From positions 47,538 through 111,537 of the forward strand of contig JAZRCT010000012.1 of NCBI GenBank assembly GCA_045659905.1: 64,000 nucleotides of DNA, read 5' to 3'. The translations under genes and the position numbers were made by a program. This DNA is from Eubacteriales bacterium. GTDB taxonomy: Bacteria > Bacillota > Clostridia > Oscillospirales > CAG-272. A model generated the notes under the pieces. The model was not told where the DNA came from, did no database searches, and was given only the letters and a program-made list of their open reading frames with translations. This document shows, in pieces, positions 51,716-61,825 of the stretch (position 1 is the first letter of the stretch; every line of letters begins with the position of its first letter).

Positions 51716-51869
51716 ATAAATATAAAGGCTCTGTGGCGATTTTTCTTTGTATTTTTGAGAAAAGCCTACACAGAGCTTTTTATTTTTGTAAATTGCTATT
51801 TCTTTTTCATTATATTTCTAGCTTTTTAAATTCCATAGCTGTATAAAATAATAATGAAGGGAGACAGCT

Positions 51870-52634
51870 ATGAAAATAAAAAAATATATATTGATGCTTT
51901 TGTGCGTAGCTATTATGCTGACAAGCCTCGGAATGCGAGCCTTTGCTAAATCGGCAGATAGCTGGTATATTATGAGAAACGGAAGCGAGACTCCGAAAAT
52001 TGACAACTCTCAGAAAATAATATATAAGTATAACGGCATTTACTGTAACGAAAACCTGAGCAAGGATAAAAAGATAATATACCTTACCTTTGATGCGGGG
52101 TATGAAAACGGAAATCTCGCAAAAATACTTGACGTTCTTGCAAAAAAGAAGGTAAAGGCAAGCTTTTTTATTCTTGACTATCTTATTAAAAAGACCCCTG
52201 AGCTTATTTTAAAAATGGAAAATGACGGGCATCTTGTGGTAAATCACAGCAAAAACCATAAGGATATGACGACACTCACGGAGGAAGAAATAAAGCTTAA
52301 TCTTTCGGCGCTGGAAGAAAGCTATAAAAATCTTACGGGAAAGGAAATGAAAAAATATTTCAGATTTCCCGAAGGGCGCTATGATGAGCGCACGCTTAGT
52401 ATCACGGATAAACTTGGCTACAAAAGCGTCTTTTGGAGCTTTGCTTACGCCGATTGGGACAACGATAAGCAGCCTGAGGAAAAGTATGCTACCGATTTAA
52501 TATTAAACAATACGCATAACGGAGAAATTCTGCTTCTTCACCCGAATTCTAAGACTAATGCTGCAATTTTAGGGAATCTTATTGATAAATGGCGTGAGAT
52601 GGGCTACGAATTCGCTTGTATCGATACAATATAA
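51870..52634 (+). CDS. pdaA: Polysaccharide deacetylase, PdaA-like
   Basis: YLTFDAGYENG, NHS..H, FRFPEG, FWSFAYADW, LLH. Confidence 0.85.
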   Translation: MKIKKYILMLLCVAIMLTSLGMRAFAKSADSWYIMRNGSETPKIDNSQKIIYKYNGIYCNENLSKDKKIIYLTFDAGYENGNLAKILDVLAKKKVKASFFILDYLIKKTPELILKMENDGHLVVNHSKNHKDMTTLTEEEIKLNLSALEESYKNLTGKEMKKYFRFPEGRYDERTLSITDKLGYKSVFWSFAYADWDNDKQPEEKYATDLILNNTHNGEILLLHPNSKTNAAILGNLIDKWREMGYEFACIDTI

Positions 52635-52785
52635 AAATAATAGGGACTGTCGCATTTAGGCATAACCGAATAAAAAACGAGGGGTATTGTGAAAGAAACA
52701 CAGTACCCCTCCCGATAATAAGCGTAATTTTGAGGAAATTAAGGTTGAAAAACTCTTGTTTTTCCTCTTTTTTATTTAGTTAGCC

Positions 52786-53838
52786 TCAGCTTGAAAGAGT
52801 TGATTGCTTTTTGATTTTTTCAAGTCTTTCACGCTCGGTGACGTCGTCACGCATAATAGGCTCATCGTCAGGCGCAGTAGGCTTGCTCGGCTCTTGATAC
52901 GGATCTATCATAATTTCCTTGATTTTGTAGTAGGAGGCAAATACTTTCATAAAGGCAAAGCCTGAAAAAAGAATTGTAAGGGGAGCGGCAATTGCAAAGG
53001 GAACTAATATTCCACCGGTGCCGAGTAGCAAAACAAGCTCAAGCAATATTCCAAGCGCTATACCTAAAAACGCTACGAGATTTCTTTTAAGCCCTACGAG
53101 CGAGAATATGAGTGAATTTTTGAGTATTTTAAATACCGAAAGCTTGAAGGTGACCATCTGAACGTAAATGTAGTATCTCATAAAGAAATAAACTATTGAA
53201 ATTACTACGTTACTCCAGAAAAGCATAGAGGCAAGAAATTCGCCTGAACCTACAAGCGATATTATATTGAATGCGAGAAATCCGCAAATTATCGCATCTA
53301 TAATGCCAAACGGAATTGCTTGCTTATAATTTCTTTTAACTGCATATTTGAAATCGTGCCATACGAATACAGGCTCGCCCGAGGCTAAATTGCGAAGAAT
53401 ATAAGCTGTACCCGCATTAACTATGCCAAAGGTGAAAAGCGTCAGCGCCGATAGACCGTAAAAAATATAGTTGACAACGGTATTAGCAAGCTCTGAATAT
53501 TGCATACCTTCAAGAGCAAAAAGCGTCATCTGGTAGGGCGTTGCACCGCCTGAGGCCATATAAAAACCGGACAAATTTTGAAATAGGTCGGACATAGGAA
53601 GCTGGTACGGCGCTTTAAAATAACCGGAAAGATTAATTATAAGGAAAAAAAGAGGGAAATTTCCAAGCACCATAATAATATTGGTAGTAACAAGCTTACC
53701 AAAATTATTCTTTAGTATCATAAAGAATTTTCCGACACCGGGCTTCATATCGGCAGAGCTTTTGCTTACGCCCTTGCCTTCCTTTTGTAGATTGATTAAT
53801 CGCAATCTACCGCTTGATTTCTTTTTATTATCTTTCAA
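52786..53838 (-). CDS. DUF624/YesL-like membrane protein
   Basis: Multiple TMs, G..YILRN..GEPVF..DF...KRNYKQ motif. Confidence 0.65.
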   Translation of the reverse strand: MKDNKKKSSGRLRLINLQKEGKGVSKSSADMKPGVGKFFMILKNNFGKLVTTNIIMVLGNFPLFFLIINLSGYFKAPYQLPMSDLFQNLSGFYMASGGATPYQMTLFALEGMQYSELANTVVNYIFYGLSALTLFTFGIVNAGTAYILRNLASGEPVFVWHDFKYAVKRNYKQAIPFGIIDAIICGFLAFNIISLVGSGEFLASMLFWSNVVISIVYFFMRYYIYVQMVTFKLSVFKILKNSLIFSLVGLKRNLVAFLGIALGILLELVLLLGTGGILVPFAIAAPLTILFSGFAFMKVFASYYKIKEIMIDPYQEPSKPTAPDDEPIMRDDVTERERLEKIKKQSTLSS

Positions 53839-54012
53839 CTTAAATACCTCTAAGATATATAACTAGAATAATAATACCATATTTTAAATAAGATTACAAG
53901 TCAAAAGATAAAAATTAATAAATACTTAAATATTAAGGTCATAGTAAGGATAAGCAGAAAATATATTATAATAAATCATTATTAAAAATTAAAATTATTA
54001 AAGGAGAAAATA

Positions 54013-55194
54013 ATGAAAAGGCTATTGGCATTGATTTTATGCGTTGTTTTGAGTTTTGGATTTGGTACATCGGTATTTGCAAAAAACACAACAAATAATG
54101 AGGCAGAAATTGACGCGACGAATGATTATAAGCAACCAGAACTTGATTTAAATGTTAAAAGCGCTATTTTAATGGAGGCGTCGACGGGTAAAATTCTTTA
54201 TCAAAAAAACGAAGTGGCGGCAATGGCTCCTGCATCTGTTACAAAAATTATGACCTTGCTTTTGTCAGCCGAAGCGCTGGAGGCAGGTAAATTTAAGCTC
54301 GATGACAAGGTGGTTATAAGTGATTATGCAGCATCAAAGGGCGGCAGTCAGGTATTCCTTGAGGAGGGCGAGGAAATCACCGTTGAGGAGCTTTTTAAGT
54401 CGACAGTTATCGCCAGTGCAAACGATAGTGCGGTAGCACTTGCGGAGCTTGTTGCCGGCAGTGAGAGTGTATTCGTAAGCAAAATGAATGCAAAGGCTAT
54501 GGAGCTTTCGCTATCCTCAACCAATTTTGAAAATGCAACGGGGCTTGACGATACTACCGTTAATCACGTGACCAGCGCACTTGATATAGCCATTATGTCA
54601 AGGGAGCTTCTTAAATACGATATTATCACTAAATACAGCTCACTTTGGCAGGATAGCATCAGAAATGGAGAGTTCGTTCTTACAAATACGAATAGGCTTG
54701 TAAGGTATTATGACGGATGTAACGGCTTGAAAACCGGCTCTACCGATAAAGCGGGGTTTTGTATGAGCGCCACAGCGAAGCGAAACGGAATGCAGCTTAT
54801 TGCAGTGGTCATGGGGGCAGACACTCGAGATATAAGAAATAGCTGTGCTAAGACACTGCTTGATTACGGATTCTCGTCGTTTGCGTTATACGAAAGAAAT
54901 GAAGTGCGACTTGAGGAAGCACCAATTATCGGAGGAACTGTTGATAAAGGAGTTTTATACAGTGCTCCGTTTAGCGCACTTATCGGCAAGGGCGAAGCGG
55001 TAGAGTGCGAATATGAAATTCCAAGCGAGATTCACGCTCCGATAAAACAGGGAGAAAGCGTCGGTAAAATAACCTATAAAATAAAAGATGAAATCATAGG
55101 CGAAAGTGCTATTTATCTTAAGGAGGACGTCAGGAAAATAGGATATTTTGAGCTTTATTACAGAGTAATAATGACGATTTTTGGTAAATGTTGA
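54013..55194 (+). CDS. dacF: D-alanyl-D-alanine carboxypeptidase (DacF-like)
   Basis: PASVTK (SxxK), SAND (SxN), GLKTG, NTNRLVR. Confidence 0.85.
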   Translation: MKRLLALILCVVLSFGFGTSVFAKNTTNNEAEIDATNDYKQPELDLNVKSAILMEASTGKILYQKNEVAAMAPASVTKIMTLLLSAEALEAGKFKLDDKVVISDYAASKGGSQVFLEEGEEITVEELFKSTVIASANDSAVALAELVAGSESVFVSKMNAKAMELSLSSTNFENATGLDDTTVNHVTSALDIAIMSRELLKYDIITKYSSLWQDSIRNGEFVLTNTNRLVRYYDGCNGLKTGSTDKAGFCMSATAKRNGMQLIAVVMGADTRDIRNSCAKTLLDYGFSSFALYERNEVRLEEAPIIGGTVDKGVLYSAPFSALIGKGEAVECEYEIPSEIHAPIKQGESVGKITYKIKDEIIGESAIYLKEDVRKIGYFELYYRVIMTIFGKC

Positions 55195-55296
55195 TAAAAT
55201 TTGCAGCATATGTAATTTTTTGAAAAAATCCTCTTGAATTTAAGCTTTATATGATGTATAATTTATGTAATTATCAAGACTTTGGAGGGGCTTTTT

Positions 55297-56637
55297 ATGT
55301 CTATAAAATTAAGCGATAAATTCTTGCAGGGATTTGTCAGCGATGCTGATGTTTCTGCAATTGCAGGCGAGGCAAAGGATGCGCTTGCTCTCGTAAAATC
55401 GGGTAAGGGCGAGGGCGCTGATTTCCTTGGCTGGACCACGCTTCCTGAAAATTATGACAAGTGCGAATTTGCGAGAATCAAGGTAGCTGCCGAAAAAATT
55501 AAAAAGAGCGCAGATATTCTCGTTGTTATTGGAATAGGCGGATCTTATCTTGGCGCAAGAGCGGCAATCGAATTCGTTAAGAGCCCGATATACAATAATC
55601 TCAAGAAGGACACCCCGGATATATATTTTGCGGGTAATAATATTTCCTCTACCGCCCTTACTGAGCTTCTTTCCATATGCGAGGGCAAGAATATTGCGGT
55701 AAACGTTATATCAAAGTCCGGTACTACCACCGAGCCTGCTATTGCATTCAGAGTATTCAAGCAGCTTCTTATAGATAAGTACGGCGTCGAGGGCGCTAAG
55801 GAGCGTATTTTCGTTACTACCGACAAGTCTAAGGGTACGCTAAAGAAATTCTCAGATGAGGCAGGATATGAAACCTTCGTTGTTCCTGACGATGTAGGCG
55901 GTAGATTTTCCGTCCTTACGGCGGTAGGACTTCTTCCTATCGCTTGCGCAGGAATAGATATCGATGCTATGATGCAGGGCGCATACGACTCAATGAAAGC
56001 ATACAGCGTTGATAATTTTGAAGAAAACGACGCTATGAAATATGCGGCTATTCGTAACGTACTGTACAGAGCGGGGAAGACTACGGAAATTCTCGTAGGA
56101 TACGAGCCTTATCTCCTTATGCTCAACGAATGGTGGAAGCAGCTTTACGGCGAGAGTGAGGGCAAAGACAATAAGGGCATTTTCCCCGCATCCGTTATAT
56201 TCTCGACCGACCTTCATTCGCTCGGTCAGTACATACAGGACGGCAAGAGAAATATATTTGAGACGGTTATCAACGTAAAGGATTCAGGAGCTAAATTCGT
56301 AATTCCTTGCGACGAGGCTAACGTTGACGGACTTAATTTCATAGCCGGCAAGGAGCTTGATTTCGTCAACAAGACTGCTATGCTTGCTACTCTCGTAGCT
56401 CATAATGACGGAGGAGTTCCGAATATTCTTCTTGAGCTTGATGACAGAAGCGCTTACAGCTTCGGTTATCTCGTATACTTCTTCGAGATTGCTTGCGCTA
56501 TCTCGGGATATATGCTGAAAGTAAATCCCTTCAATCAGCCCGGAGTAGAGGCTTATAAGAAAAATATGTTCGCTCTTTTAGGCAAGCCTGGATATGAGGA
56601 TATGAAGGCGGAGCTTGAGAAGAGGGTTGGAAGATAA
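55297..56637 (+). CDS. pgi: Glucose-6-phosphate isomerase
   Basis: [42 protein letters not shown]. Confidence 0.97.
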   Translation: MSIKLSDKFLQGFVSDADVSAIAGEAKDALALVKSGKGEGADFLGWTTLPENYDKCEFARIKVAAEKIKKSADILVVIGIGGSYLGARAAIEFVKSPIYNNLKKDTPDIYFAGNNISSTALTELLSICEGKNIAVNVISKSGTTTEPAIAFRVFKQLLIDKYGVEGAKERIFVTTDKSKGTLKKFSDEAGYETFVVPDDVGGRFSVLTAVGLLPIACAGIDIDAMMQGAYDSMKAYSVDNFEENDAMKYAAIRNVLYRAGKTTEILVGYEPYLLMLNEWWKQLYGESEGKDNKGIFPASVIFSTDLHSLGQYIQDGKRNIFETVINVKDSGAKFVIPCDEANVDGLNFIAGKELDFVNKTAMLATLVAHNDGGVPNILLELDDRSAYSFGYLVYFFEIACAISGYMLKVNPFNQPGVEAYKKNMFALLGKPGYEDMKAELEKRVGR

Positions 56638-56755
56638 ATTTTTAAGATTTCTTCGTTTTTTAATTAAAAGTAGTCAAAAACTATTGCAATTTTTCTCTGA
56701 ATAGTGTATGATATATACAAGAGGAATTATTTCCTAAAACAAGGAGGACACAAAT

Positions 56756-57157
56756 ATGATTAAATTTTTCATCGGCGCAAAGGGCTCAGGAAAGACCAAG
56801 ACCTTAATCGAGCTTGTTAACAACGCAGCAAACACCTCGAAGGGCTCGGTCGTATGCATCGAAAGAGGCGATAAGCTCAGATTCGATATTACCTCTAAGG
56901 CTCGTTTGATAGACACCGATTTTTATAAGGTAGACGATGCTGAAAAGCTTGGCGGATTTATTGCAGGTATTCTTGCTTCCAACAGCGATATTACCGATAT
57001 TTTCGTAGATTCCGCTCTTAAGATTTGCAAGGATGACGTTGTTGCTTTTGAGAAGCTTCTTCCCGTGCTTGATTCGCTTTGCAAGGATATAAATCTTGTA
57101 ATGACGCTTTCGATAGCAACCGAGGCTTGCCCCGATAGCATTAAAGCTTATACATAA
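56756..57157 (+). CDS. Small conserved clostridial P-loop protein
   Basis: GAKGSGKT motif, 133 aa, AAGGAGG RBS, own promoter and terminator. Confidence 0.75.
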   Translation: MIKFFIGAKGSGKTKTLIELVNNAANTSKGSVVCIERGDKLRFDITSKARLIDTDFYKVDDAEKLGGFIAGILASNSDITDIFVDSALKICKDDVVAFEKLLPVLDSLCKDINLVMTLSIATEACPDSIKAYT

Positions 57158-57293
57158 TAATTACTAATAAGATTCCCCGATAAGGCTTTTTGGCTTTATC
57201 GGGATTTTTTTAACAAAAATTCGCCTGCTTTCATAGGATAAAAGTGAGGTGTTATACACCTAATATTTAGTTAAGTTCAGGGGAGAAGTTTCA

Positions 57294-58127
57294 ATGTCAG
57301 AACTCAGAACTAATATTTGCGGAGGAAATAACGAGCGCGGTAACGTAACTATTGATACTAACCGTGTTCTTGATTCCTGCCGTGACAGAGATTGCTTTGA
57401 AAATGCAAGGGTATATCTTACAGCTTCGGGCGAGCAGGCTCTGGCGGGCGCAAATAATATAAGAACCGTATCCTCAAGCATTCTCTACGCATACGTAGGT
57501 GTTGACGAGGTTCCGTTTAACTGTGGCTTTTACCGCGTAAGTGTATGCTATTACATTCTCACAGAATTTGAAGCATGCCTTGGTGTAGGAAGAAGCGAGA
57601 CCGTAAAAGGACTTTCGGTAGTGCAAAAGGACGTAATCCTTTATGGCGGAGAGGGGAATTACGTGACCTTTACTTCCTCGGAGAATGGAAGCTTTTGCGC
57701 TCCTTGGTCGATGAACAACAGGAAATCTAACGCGCCCGTTGCTTCCGTTGACACAGTTGAGCCTATTGTGCTTGGAACAAAGATAGTTGATTGCAACTGT
57801 CCTTGCGGTGTAAACGAATATGTAGATTTCCCGGAAGGAATCTGCGATTGCTTAGGCGGTGAGGTTATTGTAAATACCAATTCCTCGAGACTTTATATCT
57901 CGCTTGGTATTTTTTCAATAATCAAAATTACCCGTCCTGCCCAGTTGCTTATTTCGGCGCAGGATAGCTCGGTTCCTGAAAAGGAATGCGTACCTGCTAC
58001 TAATGACGAAGACCCTTGCTCGCTTTTCAGCGCTATGGAATTTCCCACTCAGCGCTTCCGCAACTCATCGCATTCCGCAACCTCCAATGATAGAAACGGA
58101 CGCAGATGCGGCTGTCAGAATAAGTAA
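57294..58127 (+). CDS. Cys-rich hypothetical protein, possibly spore coat/exosporium
   Basis: Many Cys, DSCRDRDC motif; sigma-K-like promoter at 57213-57240. Confidence 0.65.
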   Translation: MSELRTNICGGNNERGNVTIDTNRVLDSCRDRDCFENARVYLTASGEQALAGANNIRTVSSSILYAYVGVDEVPFNCGFYRVSVCYYILTEFEACLGVGRSETVKGLSVVQKDVILYGGEGNYVTFTSSENGSFCAPWSMNNRKSNAPVASVDTVEPIVLGTKIVDCNCPCGVNEYVDFPEGICDCLGGEVIVNTNSSRLYISLGIFSIIKITRPAQLLISAQDSSVPEKECVPATNDEDPCSLFSAMEFPTQRFRNSSHSATSNDRNGRRCGCQNK

Positions 58128-58210
58128 TTTTAAAAGCACTGATAATTACTGATTAAAAGTAAAAGCACTTATTATGAGAGAAAAATTCTTTCATTTTAAG
58201 TGCTTAATTT

Positions 58211-58984
58211 TTACATATTTTGTCGCATTATTTCGTAAGCAAACATAGTAGTTGCGGAAGCCGCTGATAGCGACGCTTTAAATTCACGAGCATAAGGAAT
58301 TTTTACTTTAATGTCAGCTAAATCAAGTATTTTTCTTGAAATACCACGCTTTTCGCCGCCTATGATAAGCAAGATAGGGAAAGGCAGGGGAGTGTTGCCT
58401 AAGAGATTATCGGTGTCCATATCGGCACAAACGATATTATAAGAATATTTCTTGAAAATGCTGATTGCATCCTCGCAGGTTGCAGTAGCGAATTTAATCA
58501 TTTCGGATGCGCCCGCCGAGCTTCTTGACACAATTCCCGCAGAGCTTAGCCAGTTGCGCTCGGGTAAAATTACGCCGGTAACACCGCACGCATACAGAGA
58601 ACGCAGTGCATATCCAAAATTATAAGGGTCCTCGATTCCGTCAATCATACAGTAAAATCCAGAATTTGCATCAATGAAATCAGTGGAAAGCTTAGGCACG
58701 GTACGTTCTGTGGCAATAGCAACGATACCTCCATGACTTGTGCCAAGAGTGATTTTTTCTAATGATTCTTTACAGCTTTCTACAATCTCAAATCCGTATT
58801 TTGACGAAACTGCCTTGAAATATCCTATCTCTTTTGCGATTTTCTTAAGTTTTGACTTATCGAAAATAATTCTTTCTATTTTTCGGTCGGATATCCCTTG
58901 GTCGTATGCAGATATAACGGCTCTGATAGATGTCATACCTTCAAAAACTGTCGAAGGTATAAATTTAATATCTTCTTTAAGCAT
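58211..58984 (-). CDS. TrmH/SpoU family RNA methyltransferase
   Basis: DGIEDPYNFG, IGGEKRGI, SLSAASA SPOUT motifs. Confidence 0.9.
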   Translation of the reverse strand: MLKEDIKFIPSTVFEGMTSIRAVISAYDQGISDRKIERIIFDKSKLKKIAKEIGYFKAVSSKYGFEIVESCKESLEKITLGTSHGGIVAIATERTVPKLSTDFIDANSGFYCMIDGIEDPYNFGYALRSLYACGVTGVILPERNWLSSAGIVSRSSAGASEMIKFATATCEDAISIFKKYSYNIVCADMDTDNLLGNTPLPFPILLIIGGEKRGISRKILDLADIKVKIPYAREFKASLSAASATTMFAYEIMRQNM

Positions 58985-59038
58985 TAAATCAAAGGTCCTT
59001 TCATATATTCTAATAAGAACTTAATGGGGGATTTTTAT

Positions 59039-59290
59039 ATGTCTTGTGTAGCAAAGGAGCGTTGCGAGGCGTTAGGGGAATTTGTAATTGAAACGGGAGC
59101 TACCGTAAGATGCGCAGCCTTGCATTTTGGAATAAGCAAAAGCACGGTACATAAGGATTTATCGCATAAGCTTAAGCATTACAACAACGCTATGTATAAG
59201 GAAGTAAAGGAAATTCTTGAAAAAAACAAGGCTGAAAGGCATATTAGAGGCGGCGAAGCCACAAGACGGAAGTATTTGAACAAAAGATAA
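59039..59290 (+). CDS. spoIIID: Stage III sporulation protein D
   Basis: ATVR..A..FGISKSTVHKDL...NKAERHIRGGEATRRKY. Confidence 0.95.
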   Translation: MSCVAKERCEALGEFVIETGATVRCAALHFGISKSTVHKDLSHKLKHYNNAMYKEVKEILEKNKAERHIRGGEATRRKYLNKR

Positions 59291-59632
59291 GCCCAAAAAG
59301 GGCAGGGGACTTCCCTGTTGATTTTCATTAACATTTACTACTATATTATAATATATCATTTTATATTTTTCAAGTATTCTATGAATTTAAGAAGCTAAAT
59401 TTATTGAGTATAATCTGTACAGCCAATAAAGCTTACATTCGGTAAATTTGAATTTTAATAAAGTAAGCTTATACGTGTGATTTGAGTTAATAATATATAA
59501 ACGCCTAAAATTATCACGAAAAAATTTAATTAGCAGTAATATAGGTATTAAGCCGAGCGAAAAATCCGTTATTAAGTAAAACCTAGATAAAATCAAAAAA
59601 AGCCTTATATAAAGGCTTTTATAATCACCTAA

Positions 59633-59672
59633 ATTATACAAAATATCGATTTTGTATAATTGGATTGTGTTT
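59633..59672. repeat. attL: palindromic dif-like site plus 26-bp direct repeat
   Basis: ATTATACAAAA-TATCGA-TTTTGTATAAT (11-6-11); CGATTTTGTATAATTGGATTGTGTTT at 59647-59672 is identical to 62624-62649. Confidence 0.85.
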
Positions 59673-59949
59673 GCTACCCTCTCTAGCTTCCTTTCTTTTT
59701 CGTGTGTAAAGCTTATCATAAACAGATTCCTTTTTCAAGCAAAATCCTTGCTTTGAGCAATTTTCGCAAAGTTCTCGCGTAAAGGAAAAAAGCAATTTTT
59801 GCAATGTCTTTCTAGCTCCGCAATCTCGGTTCAATTGCGGTAATTGTACACAGCTCCCTCCTCTGTTGTCGATTTTATCGCACTTGTCTAGGTTCACTTC
59901 GTTCTCCACCAAGACAAGCGCAATCGCCAACAAATAAAAGGAGTCCGCT

Positions 59950-60246
59950 ATGAACAATTCCCACAATCGTCCCTTCGATTACTTCCTCGCAGAAATCCAA
60001 AATTATGTCGATATTCTTCGCTCAATCTACGAGCTTCGGGAAATCCGCAACGAGCCTTATTCTTTGCAATTCTGCCTCGGGCAAATTGATGCGCTCAATT
60101 ATGTCTTGCGCCTCGGTGCAAGAATTTTCAATCAACGGCTCGGCGTAGAGCTTCCCGATGCTCGTGAAATGAGCTTCAATGAATATCAAGCAATCACCGC
60201 CGAGCAAGATGCGCTCTACAAAAGCATTAAAAAAAGGGGTTGCTAA
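59950..60246 (+). CDS. Orphan 98-aa protein of the element
   Basis: AAGGAG RBS, ATG, hairpin AAAAAAGGGGT/ACCCCTTTTTT at 60230-60259 overlapping the stop. Confidence 0.75.
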   Translation: MNNSHNRPFDYFLAEIQNYVDILRSIYELREIRNEPYSLQFCLGQIDALNYVLRLGARIFNQRLGVELPDAREMSFNEYQAITAEQDALYKSIKKRGC

Positions 60247-60305
60247 TCACCCCTTTTTTGTATTCTCGCACCTTTTGTCGGTTTTGTGAAAAATCGCTTC
60301 TTCCC

Positions 60306-60399
60306 GGCTCGCTCGCTTTGTGAAGCTCAACTCGCAATCGGGGGTTCCGCCCCCCTACGCCGGCTGGGGCGGTCTTGTCCGCCCCCGTCCCCACGCTTT
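60306..60399. repeat. 94-bp GC-rich direct repeat, copy 1
   Basis: 90/94 identical by eye to 61826-61919. Confidence 0.95.
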
Positions 60400-61006
60400 A
60401 TTTCTTCGTGCCTTTCTTTTTGCTTTCGTTTGGCATTTTGTAATTGTTTCCCAGAGCTTCGAGCACCATTCGCACTATAAGCCTTAAATCTCTCCTTGTA
60501 AGCGGTTTTTCGGCGTTTTCCCCTGTATCCCAGTCGGCAAAGCTGTAAATTTCGGTCGTTGCGGAATTGTTGTGTTGCAGCGCTTGCTTGACCTCCTCAA
60601 AGCCTTTTTTGCGGTAAAGCTCTACGGCAAACGCCTTCCGCATAGCGTGAGGTGACACCCCTTCGAGGTCAAGGCCCGCACGCTTCCCGGCTTTCTTGAT
60701 TCTCGCCCATACCGCCTGTCGAGTTAGGTGCTTGTCTTCTGCCTTGTATGACGGAAAAAGATATTTTCCTTGTTTTGCACTTAAAGCTTTTCTCAGGCTT
60801 TGAGATATTGGAGCGACTCCCCTTTTTCCGGTTTTTTCGGCTGTGTAGTGTAGTCCATCTTTTTTCAAATCCTTACGCTGAAGCTTGACGGTATCCCCTA
60901 CCCTTAGCCCAGTCTCAAGGCTTACCCAGAGCGGAAGCCACTGCTCAGCTGTTAATGAGACTTTGAGCTTCGTTATTTCCTCGGGTGACAGATACTTACT
61001 TTTCAT
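60398..61006 (-). CDS. Tyrosine recombinase, catalytic domain only
   Basis: R35 (TGLRVGD), K58, H120-x-x-R123, H145, Y154; 202 aa, no N-terminal core-binding domain. Confidence 0.92.
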   Translation of the reverse strand: MKSKYLSPEEITKLKVSLTAEQWLPLWVSLETGLRVGDTVKLQRKDLKKDGLHYTAEKTGKRGVAPISQSLRKALSAKQGKYLFPSYKAEDKHLTRQAVWARIKKAGKRAGLDLEGVSPHAMRKAFAVELYRKKGFEEVKQALQHNNSATTEIYSFADWDTGENAEKPLTRRDLRLIVRMVLEALGNNYKMPNESKKKGTKK

Positions 61007-61036
61007 TTTTTACTTTCCCAAATTGTAAAAAGTCAC

Positions 61037-61729
61037 TCACTGCGTGACTTTTGATTTTTCTGCCTCTGCGATTTTGCCACGAGCTTCGGCTCTTGCTCTT
61101 GCAAGCTCAAGCTTTCCCAAGCGCTCGGCGCTCTTTTGGTCGGCGTAGCGCCGACTTGTTAGATAGGTGTTGAATAAGCACACATTATTCTTTGCGACGT
61201 CCCACTCGTCACCGTATCCGTTGTCCTCTAGGAAGTCCAGAAGTCCAGAAAACTCCGTTATTTCAGCTTCACGGATTATTGCAAAGGTGCGCTTTATAGC
61301 TTCGTTGACCTCACCCCTTGTCAATTCCACAAACTCGGCCAGACAAAATCCGTTGAGGTGTTCGATAAGACTCTCGTCGTATTGAGCTTTTTCGGGGTTA
61401 TCCTTATGCGAGAAATAATTGTACATTCCTCGGATGCTTTTTAAATCCTTTGGAATAGGCGTGTGCAGCTCGTCTTGGACGAACTTCCTTGCGTTGTTGT
61501 AGGTGGTGGGTCCGTCCCAGCATAGGATAATATGCCAATGAGGTTTTTTTGGCTCCCCTGTCGGGTTGATATCCTTATCGTGATAAGGGGATATTGCACA
61601 GCGCAATCCGCTGATTTTGATAATGTCCCGCCAATCCTCCGGCGCTGAATCCTCGTAGACGATAGCTGTCCAGAACTTGGACTTAACCTCTTTTTCTTTT
61701 TCCTTTTTCTCTTGTTTTTTCGTTTCCAT
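61037..61729 (-). CDS. Rolling-circle replication initiator, Rep_2 / pMV158 RepB family
   Basis: ISPYHDKD, KKPHWHIIL (HUH), YNYFSH...KAQY; ATG at 61729 with AAGGAG RBS. Confidence 0.93.
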   Translation of the reverse strand: METKKQEKKEKEKEVKSKFWTAIVYEDSAPEDWRDIIKISGLRCAISPYHDKDINPTGEPKKPHWHIILCWDGPTTYNNARKFVQDELHTPIPKDLKSIRGMYNYFSHKDNPEKAQYDESLIEHLNGFCLAEFVELTRGEVNEAIKRTFAIIREAEITEFSGLLDFLEDNGYGDEWDVAKNNVCLFNTYLTSRRYADQKSAERLGKLELARARAEARGKIAEAEKSKVTQ

Positions 61730-61766
61730 TTTTGCTCCTTTTTTCACTTGTCATAAGTCACTCTTA

Positions 61767-61794
61767 GGGGGAATGTGTCGTAGTACATTCCCCC
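61767..61794 (-). other. Double-strand origin (nic hairpin), pMV158 family
   Basis: Stem GGGGGAATGT/ACATTCCCCC; minus strand reads TACTACGAC, the pMV158-family nick consensus. Confidence 0.9.
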
Positions 61795-61825
61795 CCGCCC
61801 TTTTCGAGCTACGAAAAAGAAAAAA

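Noticed and set aside
59387-59966. Minus-strand ORFs of 110 aa crossing attL
   Set aside because: They span the host/element junction, have no convincing RBS and no recognisable domain.
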